Of a stretch of 64,000 nt of DNA, positions 1 through 12,195 are shown in pieces (the stretch's first letter is position 1; every line of letters begins with the position of its first letter). The translations under genes were made by a program, and so were the position numbers. Origin of the DNA: Pocillopora damicornis (taxonomy: Eukaryota); assembly GCF_003704095.1 (NCBI RefSeq), contig NW_020846005.1, forward strand, positions 620,001-684,000. The letters are read 5' to 3'. The notes under the pieces are model-generated. The model had not been told where the DNA came from. It saw only the letters and a list, made by a program, of their open reading frames with translations, and did no database searches.

Positions 1-650
1 TCGTTTGTGGTGAAAATGTCGTGAATAAGTCGTTTGCGTGCTAGCGTGGGTTGTTAACTTTCTGTCGAGGGAGGTCTGTTCTAAGTCAGTGACACACCCT
101 CCTGAGCCAGTCGTTGGAAGTAGTAGTAAGTTAACCATTACATGGTGTGGTTCGTAAGTTGATGACGTTCAGCTGCATGATTGATGACGTTGCCACAGGT
201 TTCTGTCAGTCTCTTCAATGTAGGAAGCAGGACAACCTGTATGGTGCTTCTTGTCTGTTGCTTGGTTTGGCTTTAACGAAAGTAAATAATCGAAGAAGTC
301 GTTTTATGGGCGACGAAGATATTGTAGGGAGACGGCAAATATAACATACTCGAACAATCGGAGTATATTTAGAGGAAAAAAATCATTTTAGTTGATGATC
401 TATCTTTGTGAGTGGACATGACTATGACGTGATAAAAACCGAAATATGAAATTGACTGCCCATTGTTACAAAGGTCTGTGAGTTGAATGATATAGGTCTG
501 TCTTGTACAAGGATCAGCCACTGACCGAAAAATATCATATCTAAGTTTTATCATCAGCAATATAGTTTTACAGAACTGTAGGTACATGATGTCGGGAACG
601 GTAAAAGGTCTACCCATTCTCTTCGCTGTAAATATTCTATCCAATATGAT
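1..650 (-). mobile_element. Decayed Penelope-like retroelement fragment (GIY-YIG endonuclease C-terminus plus RT remnants)
   Basis: Minus-strand translation, read across frameshifts, gives PYNIFVAHKTT, ASYIEETDRNL (196-228; cf. GIY-YIG 'YIGETGRNL'), NHAAERHQLTNH and TDLEQTSLDR. These resemble the Penelope endonuclease tail. THKDR (cf. KPTHTDR) lies further right. Multiple stops and indels; may extend to ~1200. Confidence 0.7.
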
Positions 651-2750
651 TTTTTTAACGATTTTTTTCAGTTTGTTTTTCTATTGTATTTTCCTTGAAA
701 AGCCCCCATGGAGAGAGGTCAATAAAATATTGTATTGTATTTTACTGTTTATGGAACAATTGAAATGGTAGGGGAACTAACTGATTACATTGTGTTACGA
801 CAAGGCAATTCTGAAATTTAACAATAGGTTTTGAACTTCTGGTTATGATTTTGACCTCTCTTAAAGGAAATCACTGATTCAAGGAACATAGCTTAAGTTT
901 GTATGTGGCCCGAAAGAAGCTCATCAGGTCCATCATGGTGATGGGCTCCTTGTCCAGGCTGAAACGCCTGTCCCTCCGCTCGGGTGGCACTGGGGCTGTT
1001 GATTATTAACTTGTTCTGCGGCTTATTCTACAATGACGTCATTTGATGTGGAAGCCGCATATCCGGTTGCATTTGAAGAGTTCGTCTGTGAACAAGGTGA
1101 GCCGCCAAACCAACGTTCAGTCCTTTATATCTTTCCTCATTTTTAAGGTTTTCATCATTTTAAGTAGCCGATACTTTGTATCTATTGACTTTCTGACCAT
1201 CTTCCGAGCCGCAGTGGTTGCCATCTCAGTATCTTAGTCCTCTTAAGCTCCAATCGCGGATTTGTGATTTGCGACGTGAATGGAAAGCGTTGCGTGTATC
1301 AGAAAGGTATGTAAATTTAATATATACACTGTTTATTGAAATAAGTCGGCAAATACTGAATTTAAGCGTGACTGATTTGGCGAATGTGCGAAGCTGCTTG
1401 CTTTAAAAAGGACATGACTTTACGCTGCGGTAGTTCACGCTAATAACTGATGTAGTGTCGCGAGATGACCATTGTAGAGCTTTTAAATGTTCTGTTCTCA
1501 GACGAGTAGCATTTGAGATCGTTAGGATAGCAAACTCAAGTGGGTACTTGAGTCAAGCGGCTTAGCAACGAGTAATTCAATTTTCAACGGATATGAATAA
1601 TATTTCAGAGGTCATTCGTTTATTACAGTTACCAGTACGTCTCCCATTTCATGTTAGAATATACTTATGGTATAAGCTTGATTCATTTGCGTGCCCATGG
1701 ATTGTTTTTGTCTGGTTCATCGATCAATTTAGTGGCGTACAGGTTTTCAGGAGTCCAAGGATATAAAAAAATGTAACTTGAAACGAAATGTCTACGAAAA
1801 AGAACATGGTATGAGGAAAAAGCATGCGTACTACTTTGACAATGATACCACGAAATTGCGTGATTTTTATCTGTTTCACTATCATCCTCCGAAGTCCTTG
1901 ATTTAATAACGACAAAAATTATGAAATATTGTAGCATTGCTCTCCTCTTGTCAAGTGAATGTGAATTTCAAAGATCACAGGTGATAGTTTATATCAAGTG
2001 GAAAGCGCATCAAGTTGAGTTTTAGTCTGAAGTGCTGCTAACAACTCGTCTGTTGTTTAAGTCACTTCAGTTAATTAGTTCAATTAAACAAATGAAAGCT
2101 GAACACCATTACTAAAGTCCTCCCTTTGTTTGTGATTCTCTATTAATTCCTTAAACTCCTCCTCGCTTCAATTATTCGTTGATAGTAGCCAAGTTAGTTT
2201 ACAGAATATATCGCCAAAGATGAAAATATCACATGATGTCGGTAGCTGATCTTGTTTTGAAACTGGTGAGCTTATTTGATGATTTTCATCTGCAGTCCTC
2301 CGTTAAGGTGTCTTCAACACCTCACCATCTCTGGAATCGATCTGATTTCCCTAAACTGTTTCTAACCGTTGAGTTCTGACTAAAATTAATGGCAAATTCC
2401 TTAAAACGTTGCAAGTGGCCTTTAAGGTCCATAAAGTAATTATCTCGTCAACAGGCTGGGATGTTGTCTTTCAACCTTGTTTAGAGACTCGAATGAAACT
2501 GATCAATGCCTTTTGATTGGTTAAGCGATTAGCGGCTCCGATTTCCCGTGGTACGTCAAAAAGACCGCCGTGTATTAAAATACAAACCCTCCTGATGGGT
2601 GATTATTTAAATTTCGACTTGCCTTAGTTTCCACTACTTAGCGGAAACCTATGCTAACTTCTTTGTTGTAAACTTCCAGAACTCCATAAGACGGTTTAGA
2701 AGGATGAGTCTTTGTTTAAATTCATTACATTGACTTGAATTTTATTTTAA

Positions 2751-5700
2751 ATGGAGGGAACACGCAAGAGGAAACAGAGGGCAAAACTCAGCGACTTGGA
2801 CGCGTTGGACTCAGATGAATATGACTCCTCGCCCAAGCGTGAGTCCGATGATGAGAACACCTCAACTTCAAAGATCAACAAACGAAAAAGGAGAAGACCT
2901 CGTCTGACGGGCCTTAGTAAACAACGACAAGCTGCAAACGCTCGCGAACGAAGTAGAACCCACAGTGTCAATTCTGCATTCAATGCATTACGAGTTCTTA
3001 TACCTACTGAACCTTCTGACAGAAAACTTTCAAAAATAGAAACATTGCGCTTGGCTTCAAGCTACATTGCGCATCTTGGATCAATGTTGGTGAGTGGAAC
3101 TCAGTGTCCGAATGTAGCAAAGGCAGCTGAACACAATGGAGCCATTTCACCATCTTCAGCATCAAGAGTGTGTACATTTTGTTTGAGCCTACTTAAGGCG
3201 GTAAGTGATTATCAAAGTCTTTATACTCTGTTGTACAAAATGTACAGCAGGGTTAATGTTGATGTACTAAACAGTATGGCATGCAATCGTCGGCTTTTCG
3301 ATAGCTTATCGCCCTTTTCATGTCATTAGCGATCGGAAATCTTTTGTTTATGTCCTGTGGCTTAAAGAATACCTGTGGGTCCTTAAACATTTCAGCCTTT
3401 TTTTTGTTCGCAGTCTAGTCTCCAAACGAAACTAAGTTTAGGTTTTTGGTGAAAAAAATGTGCAACTACTTTTGTTATTGTTGCCATTATTCAGACATAA
3501 TTCTCTGTCTTTGAATTGACCAAAATAGGGAACGTTTCAGACGGGATAATCACAAAAGCGTCATATCATGTTTCCGGTGAGCTGAAAAGCTCCAAGCCCC
3601 TTCGGTTCAAATTTGTTAATTTTTCCTTTTCGTAGGATGAGATAATGACTCAGTGTCTATGTTTGGACTGATTTGTTAATTCTCGTTTTCCTTATTATAA
3701 ACGAGGCTTTACGACTGTGTTTTTCCTTTAGTCACGCCATCATGGGTAGTCACCTATTCTCAACGTTTTCCATTCTTGGTACTTCAAAATAACATTTGGC
3801 CTAAGTAACGATTAGGACAGTGTCTTACACAATGCTGACAAATATTCTAATATTAGCCAGGAAAAAATCCAAAGAAGTTTAAAACAATTATTATCTTTTA
3901 ACGCTCTAAGACCTTCTTGTAGTTACTATAATCCTCACAGCTTGAGCTAAAGGTAAAACATGTTAATATTCAGTTCTCAAAACCAATAGGCGAACCAATA
4001 GGCGAAGACACCCCATAAACATTATTTCAACAATTAAGAACTCTGTGTGCAGCAATGGATTATTTGATTAAGGAAATCGTGCGGGGATTTCTGAAAACTA
4101 TATATTTAGTATCAACCAGTTGGTTGAAAAAACCTGCCAATCTGGGAATAATGAATGGAGCTAATTGGCAGTCATTCAGACCCTTGATTATTTCATTTTG
4201 TTACTTCAGCAAAACAATAATGATAGCACAGATCATAATCTGGTGGGGATGTCTCACCACAAAACGAGAAAAAGTGTGATTTAGCTGACATCAAAGTTTG
4301 TTACCTGCATGTGATGAATAAACACCGACATGTAATTTTCTAAAGAGCTAAAACGTGGTGTTCTGAGGGGAAGGAAAGTATGTATGTGCTTATAAATCCC
4401 TTGGGAGGCTGTGTGCAAGCTGCTGTCCAATGAAATCGACGCGAGGTTAATCGTGTACAACACAGAGTTTGTAATAAAATGAATATAACAAATGTTGCTG
4501 GATCAAGGTAGAACTATATTGATAAACAAAGTCTCTGATGTTGTCACTAATCCTTAAATCGGATAAGGTGTGTTGTTTTTAGCTTTTTTAAATTAAACAG
4601 CTTTATGATAATGCTTTTTAATGAATTACATAGCAGCGATCATGGATTGTTATGATCATACAAATCTTTTCCATAACTGTTTGTTACATTTGTGGAATCT
4701 TTCCTCTACACGTTTAGTCCACACCCACCGTAACGTATAGTTTTGTTCAAGGTAGTCAAACGTGTCCTCGTCGTTTACTTAGGATGAGTTTATCTCGCGC
4801 CGCTCTTTCATTTTGATTTTTCTTGTAGATTTTTCTTCATTTGGTGAGTGTTTGGTGTGAATGCCGTTATCTCTGATGAGTAGCACGGTTTTCTCTCTTC
4901 ACTGGCTACAAAAACGCCACGACTTTGACTCTTCTTCCTTAGCCACAAATGTCTCCCTTCAGTTCCCCCACCCTTCCTCTCTCTTGACAATCATCAAATA
5001 ATCGTTCGTCAAAAGCATTTTCCTATCAGAAAACTTTAAGCACAATGTCGTTGCGAAGCAATTGGATCGATATTCATTACACCAAAATCTCAGCATGGCA
5101 CTTTTTACTCTGAGAGCTGATAGCTTTTCATCAATTGAAGTGGTTGCTAGGGCTATTCAGGATACCGTATACTGCTGTGAATGACGCAAAGAGATCTATT
5201 TTATAACTGTTAATGTTCTTTTAATAGAACTCGTCTGTTCAGAAGATCACAGATTATTCCGAACCATTGAGATAACGTTTTCAAGATGGAATGATCTCTT
5301 CGGCGTTTTCAAGATGGAATGATCTCTTCGGTTGGTTTTTCAGGACAATTGTCAGTTTAACGTCCCTGCTGTAGTTTGAAAAGTCATTCATGGACGGGTT
5401 GTTAGTATTAACACTAAAATTTTCATTGAAAATCTTGAGCTTTAGAAAATAGTCTTCTGAAAGTTCCGGGCTTGTTGTTCTGTGATGCATTACACAGCGT
5501 TTAATTGCTTTATTTTCCGGTTTTCTTTCTCCAGACATCAGTTTATCAAAATAATTACTGACATGCTACTCGCGTGATGTGAGGCGGTACGCTTTGAAAA
5601 AGCAACCTCTTCGACATCAGTGCCACATATGAAAAAATAATTATTACTATAATTACAACGAGTACTGAAGGAAATTTGTAACCAAAACATAGCCCTATAC

Positions 5701-6456
5701 CATGACTCACGCTATCAGTTCATCTTAGTAACCTGTTGATACAGTTGAGTGCAGAAAATAAAATAAGCTAAAATCAAACGTCTTTTAAGGCTTGAAGCAA
5801 GAATAGTTTGGATAAAAAGATTTCAATATAGTAACTTTTCATCCTGGTCGTCCAATGAAGAAATTGCTAAGCATTTGTTTCGTGCATGTGGGACAGGAAA
5901 GAAATCTGATTTCATCAGCACTTCGGATTCCGCGCTTCGAAGCTCGATCAATTGAGCCGCTCAGGAATCATTAGCAAGTCAAACAATACATGCGAGCTAA
6001 AAATTATATATGGCGAAAGCTGTGCCAAAATTAAGTCTGTGAGAAGAGGGGGAGGATATTTGGTCCCCTAGCTAGTAACTAGTAAAAAAAGTAACATTTA
6101 AAGATCCTTAAAAAGCTCCGTTTGCGCCAAACTTTCGGTTTACATCATAATTTAAATAGATCGTTTCTCTTATGGATCAGTTTATGAGGTGTCTTACACG
6201 TCGTGAATTTACCCCATCACAGTTTCAGTTGTCTTTTAAAACAAAATGAATCAATGGAATATAAGGATACCCTTGCGTACCTTAGTGCAGATTCTCAACC
6301 AGGCGCGTGCCCCTGTTAAAGTTGTTATTCATATTCTGCAATGTTTTTTTAGGATTCAATTCAATTTAACCTAATTACACTGTTATCTTTAATTTTTCTG
6401 TCTAGGTTTCTAAAGATGAAGGAACAAACAACAGATTACACGCGCAAGGAAAATGA
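2751..6456 (+). CDS. TCF15: Paraxis/Scleraxis (TCF15/SCX)-family bHLH transcription factor
   Basis: Exon 1 is 2751-3200. bHLH domain [52 protein letters not shown] and the family-diagnostic CTFCLS motif are followed by a GTAAGT donor at 3201. Preferred last exon is 6406-6456 ([16 protein letters not shown]); the alternative is 3636-3671. The 3' end is uncertain. Confidence 0.85.
5276..5331. repeat. Perfect 28-bp tandem duplication
   Basis: cgttttcaagatggaatgatctcttcgg occurs twice, head to tail. Confidence 0.9.
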
Positions 6457-7214
6457 TCATACATTTCAATAATAATCTGCTGTGCAACGCAATAATATGG
6501 AATCTAAACCTTACGTGAGGAGGCAGAGCAGTAGTAATGGATAGCGGAGTTCGCATTAGGGGTTCATTTTCTTCTATAAATCGCTCATTCATTATCATAA
6601 CTCACAGATGAATAGCAATTATCCTGTCGCTAAATATTCAAAACATGCGTGCAACAAGACATTGAGGAATTGCATCTGTGTATGGCTTCACGAAAAAATA
6701 TCTGACTTACTGCAGGCTCAATTATTGAGGGAGTCGTTGACAGGCTGAGTGAAACATTTCTGCTAAGATCGCAAGACCTATGAGTTGAAATCACGGTTGA
6801 TCTATCTCTAAAAACGGATTTGTGTGTGTGAAAACTTAAAGGCGATGGTAAAAGAGGACATGAAATAATTCAGTTCTTATAGTTGAGTGCAGTTCACATT
6901 TACCAACTGTCTCAGATCTGTCTGCCTGGAGTAGGTTTTCGTTGTCTAGATCTATCATAAATCCATGGATCAGTCTTCAGGACGAAATTATTTGAAGTCA
7001 GTTAATTTTCTTTTCTTTCTTCCGCGTTGCAGCCACTTTTTGTTAGAGACCTTAGAACCATATCGTTTGATTTGGTCTGAGAGCACTTCAAGCCGTATGC
7101 TTGTAATTACATGTAGATATGGCTTGAGTTACGTTGTACAACTTTACCGTTCGTGTCAAAGGATTTATGAATAAAAATGTATCTGCTGTGTGCCTGCTGT
7201 TTGGTGTGTAAAAG

Positions 7215-7285
7215 GCACTGGTGGTTCAGTGCTAGAATTCTGGCCTGCCACGCGGGAGGCCCAGGTTTGACTCCCGGCCAATGCA
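7215..7285 (+). pseudogene. tRNA-Gly(GCC) probable pseudogene
   Basis: 71-nt tRNA-Gly-GCC layout. Defects: D-loop GG>GC, a G-G anticodon-stem mismatch, a T-stem mismatch, T-loop TTTGACT (B box damaged) and a C-A mismatch in the acceptor stem. Followed by TTTT. Confidence 0.85.
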
Positions 7286-8456
7286 CTTTTCTTTGAACAA
7301 GGTACAATGCTCACTTTACCTATTTCGAAGGACGAGAAAACAGAATAATGGTGTCCAAATTTCTTGACGTACTGTGACCGCGAATTTTTTTTTTTATAAA
7401 TCAATCATATCATTGATAACGTTTATCACTAAATAAAAGAGCCTCAGGCTGGATAAGATTTCTTTTGAATATTGAGATCGTTTCTAAGTGGCCCGGCCTT
7501 CTGAAATATTAGCACCTATTTCAAATTTTACCTCGCAGTGTTTTTCCAAAATCCTATATTCCTTTTTTTTCGGAATATTATTGGTACATTTGTTGTGACA
7601 TGTCCTCCAATTTCCTATTTCTTCTTCCTTTCTCCAAGCCGACCATATAAGTGAATTCAAGCCTGTCTTGGGTGGATCGATTAATACAAAACAAGAGAAC
7701 ATCTACATATTCTCTTGCACCAAATTAAAACGCGAAAACGATTCATTCTAGAAATAGTGGCCACAAATTTTAATGCAAGGCGAACGTCAGGGGATTATCG
7801 GGTCACTTACGTTTTATAAATCACGTCCTGCTTATAAACTGAAAGATAGTTATCAATTGTGTAGTTCATTTGGCTTGCGCAGTTGTTAAGAGAACCACCC
7901 TATACATGAACCTTGCGATCGATTTTTAAACCCTAATAGAAACAATTTATTGACATAATTCAGACTGGACCTACAGTCGTTGAAGTTTCTTTTTATTTTC
8001 TCTGTATTCATTACGAGGGATTGTTCCAGAGTTTATTGATCACGACAAGATGCCAAGCATGAAACAGTCAGCCATGCATCTGAACTTCCACACACCTTTC
8101 CAGTGGCAGTGACGGTGTCACTGCCAGGTTATAAAAATGACAGACCTTGATTGTGAAGAAGCGTTGATTCACGCATGACATACTTTAGTCACTTTCTGCA
8201 ATAAACTGTTCCTAAGCAATGGCGGCAATGTTCCTTGCAGGTGAGGTGTAATTTTAGCAACTGCAGAAAAGAAACCTAAAAGAATTTAGGTCCTCTGCCC
8301 ATGAAAAGTTACGGGTTGCAAAAATATAGACTGAGCACACGTTTTGTATTCGGTGACATCAACTTTAGCAAAGCACTCATTTTACTCTTTACCTCACTGT
8401 TAACTGTTCAATTTGTTTGATTTGGTTTGTCAGTCTCCTAGAAGCACCCGTTAGAA

Positions 8457-8527
8457 GCACTGGTGGTTCAGTGGTAGAATTCTCGCCAGCCACGTGGGAG
8501 CCCCGGGTTCGATTCCCGGCCAGTGCA
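8457..8527 (+). tRNA. tRNA-Gly(GCC), variant (U33>A)
   Basis: GCACTGG/CCAGTGC acceptor stem, intact A box and GGTTCGATTCC B box, perfect T arm. Anticodon loop is CAGCCAC. TTTT terminator just downstream. Confidence 0.85.
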
Positions 8528-10626
8528 GTTTTCACAATACTCGGTTAGAATGGATTTTGTGCATAGTATGATCATATCAGTGATAACATCTATCACTAAA
8601 CAAAAGAGCCTCGGGCAGGACAAAAATTTCAGTTGATTGGTGAGACCATTTTAGCATTCTTCCACACGTCACTGTAAGGTCATGGAAATGACAGACGTTG
8701 ATTGTGAACAAGCGTTGATTCATTCTTGGCATACTTTTGTCATTTTTTCACCAGAAAGTTCTTCCTCGATTATTCCAAGGTCAACTTCAATATAGGTTGA
8801 GTGTTTATCCCTTGTTTGAAGCGTAATGAAATGAAAGGAAAGTTTCCACTAATTTCGAAAGGGTTCGGGGAAGTTAACGCCTTTTCATAAAAGAAGTTCC
8901 CTTATTCAGGATTTAATGACAAAGAAAATGACTTCAATTTTAAACAAGAAACAAATCACTCAGACCGGCGGGTGCATGCCAATAACAAGTGAGATTTATA
9001 TTCTGCGTACACGCACGGAAGTAGATTGCGTAACTGATGAGAGCATAACTATTCCTTCTGTTAACTGTATACGTCATTTGAGCCTCAGGAATACAAGAAG
9101 TGTAGCTCACTTTACAGAAGTTTGAGTTTCAACATGCCATCTGGTTCTATTGCATGTCCCACCTACTTTGTATAAAATTTAATGAGCTGAAATGGAAAAA
9201 ATTTTAAAACTGTGCTTTTTCTAGAATGTCAAAAACCCATAAAGAAGCCTCCTGCAGGCGCTTAAAACAGGCTTTTGGTCACAGAAGGCACAAAAAGCAG
9301 CATAGGTGTCAGCAGTTTCCGTTGAATAGAGGCACAATCACGAAGGTCGTTTTTGTCTATTATGATTTGCAAGCAAATTTCCTTCAGACTTTTTTTAATT
9401 CATCCCTAATTAGGATTAGGTTTTTAGATTACCAGAGGACCTTTATCGCTGTGGTCTCCTATTAACTGGAACCGAAGAACAGTTCATCCAGTTTATAGTA
9501 CTTATTCTCTACGTAACCGAACCGAGCACCAATGTTGGCACAACACTAAAATGAAAAGAAAAGAAAGTTGACCCTTCGAGTAATGCTTCTTACCCGAGCC
9601 AAAAAACTGCTTCGGAAAATTGTGGAAAAATGATGAAGATTCATCCAACCTAGTTCTGTGACTTTCGTTTAGGCGCATGGTTATACTTTTCAAACCGCTC
9701 ACGTTTATAACCTTTTTTTTTCTTCATCACACGTACAATGCACAGTGTTAGGACACTATGAAAGAAACCGGTAGAGGAAAATGGCGTACTTCATTCGAGA
9801 CGAATCCTACTTATTATCTGTCGGCACTTGTGCTATAAAGTAAAACAAAGTGTTCAAATACTGAGAAAATATCCAAATATGAATAATGATTACATGAATG
9901 TCTATGAATCTCGCAGTTTATCCTTGTGTGAGTCGCCAGAGGTTATTTCTTAATTAGTTTCGGAGCTCATATTTGATTGATTCTCAATATCAAAGTGAGA
10001 CACCGGTGATCTCAACAACTGTAAACCACAACACAACAGTGGAAACGTGTAAAATTAATTAAAATCCAGTCCTTTTTGACAATTCCTGATAACTGCCCAG
10101 TGTTGCCTCCATGGGAGTTACTTACTGCGGCATAACTGAGTAATCCGGCGGCATAAATCACAGACTTCATGATGTTTAATGCACGTTGAGCTTTGTCGCC
10201 CGGCAAGATGAGTAGCTGACTGACCCCTTCATGAGGTTAATATGTGGCTTATTTCACAAGCAACGTGCAGAAGGCTCAAAAATATCATTTTACCATTGGT
10301 GCAGATTATAGTGCTTGAGATTTGATCAACCACAGACAATCAGTAAGTGTTATGAAAGGAGCCACTTCGATGAAGTGTGTCTTCTGTTTGCAAAAATTAA
10401 AGTAATTATTTTTGAGTGTGATGCTCTCCAGTAAAAGATACACACTTGATAAAGATCCCTACACCTCCTGTCATGTCCTAAACCTGTTAGAGATCGGTTT
10501 CTTACATCGCCTTAACATCAATATTTGTATTGGTTATAAAATCATCTACTTTTTAATGAGCCACGGAACTGGAAGTCAGTAAGCAAAATGTCAATGCAAT
10601 ACTGGAAAAAATTTTAATTTCACACA

Positions 10627-10943
10627 TACATCCGTCTAGCTCCCTACACGCCTCAAGTGATAATTCAGGCTCCATGCCGTTCAATGGTATATGGCGGGCA
10701 TCTGATTTTTGTAGATATTTGACTGACGTTTTCATGCAAGTCGAATAAAAATTATTGTCTAATATGTTTCATCTATGAAAACATATTATGTTATTACATC
10801 CGTCTAGCTCCCTACACGTCTCAAGTGATAATTTAGGCTCCATACCGTTCAATAGTATTTGGCCGGCATCTGATTTTTTTAGATATTTGACTGACATTTT
10901 CGTGTAAGTCGAAGAAAAATTTTTATCTAATATGTTTTCATCT
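10627..10943. repeat. Two-copy direct repeat, period 168 bp
   Basis: tacatccgtctagctccctacacg...ctaatatgttt(t)catct starts at 10627 and again at 10795, with scattered substitutions. Confidence 0.9.
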
Positions 10944-12195
10944 CATGAGATGGGAATAATTTCATTCCTTGCCCATCAGATTAATTCCAACAATGCTTCC
11001 AAGCATCTTTTTGGTAATGGTATTTCAGCGGTGGAATTTTCTCCAAATATTTTCCGATCTCGTAGCGAATCTACCTTTTTTTTCTCCTGCTGCGCCTTAC
11101 CCATCAAAGAACTGAGTCCTTCAAATTTTTCTCGCTCTCTTTTTGTATTTTTTTCTTAATTCTAACACTGTAATCATCAACAGAGCATCAGCTAGTGTTT
11201 TCTTCGAATCATATTTTATCAACTGTCGACGCAGGAACCTGACTTACCTTTTTGGTATAAAAGCAACAACACCTCGTTAACATTAATTGGAAGGATAAAC
11301 TGTTTTTACTTCAATTGTGTGTATAACTCACTAACTGACACCTAATCAATTTGCTTTGATTGTTGTTCAATTGAAAACTACTATGTTTTATCAATACTTT
11401 GACGTACGAGCTCATTCAAACTTGTTTAGAAAAGAATTCCGAAGAAAATACCGGAACTATGAGTGAATTCCAGGATTGGATGCCAGTTCAATCGAATCTT
11501 CAGGAGAATGAAAACGAAACGTTACCCACCCCAACCTAAAAATTTTTCGAATTATTGACTGTGCGTCATGAAATAACTCTGATATCCAAAACGATATGTT
11601 TGACTTAATCCAGTGGTACACAACATTGATCGTAACCTATTGACTTCTAAAGTACCGTTAGCATAAACGTATTTTAATTAGTTGCCATTAATAAATGGCT
11701 CAATTAGGGTAGAACAATTCACGATCGGTTTTGATTCTCCAGTAGGATACCGCCTTTGTTCTTATAATCGCGACGACACAATCAACCCGCGGTTCATCTC
11801 GCACCCACGCAGGATCCTTGTGGCGATTTGCAACTGATCAATGACAGTAACGACAAAAAAATGCCCCTGAAAAATTTACTCGGACGAGAGAATGTCGCTC
11901 TTAAAATGCTTGGAACTCCAAAGAGGGCTTGGACAGAGTCATCAAGGATGTCTGGTCCAATCTGCCAATCAAACTATACCTAATGGCTTTTAAAAGGTTT
12001 ATCAGTCTACTGCAATCGACACCAATACCATAACATCGATAGAAGCTCGACCTTAGATGTTCTCTTCATCGACTACACCTACAGTCTTTGATTGTGGTGT
12101 CGCCTTTCACGGGCTAGACCATCAGCTGTAAACATTTTGAGCTAGTCATTATCCAAAGAGATCACACGAGAAACGCGCCACGCACTTCGCCGAAC

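Noticed and set aside
3981-4006. aaccaataggcg x2 (double CCAAT)
   Set aside because: A simple 12-bp slippage duplication, not near an evident TSS.
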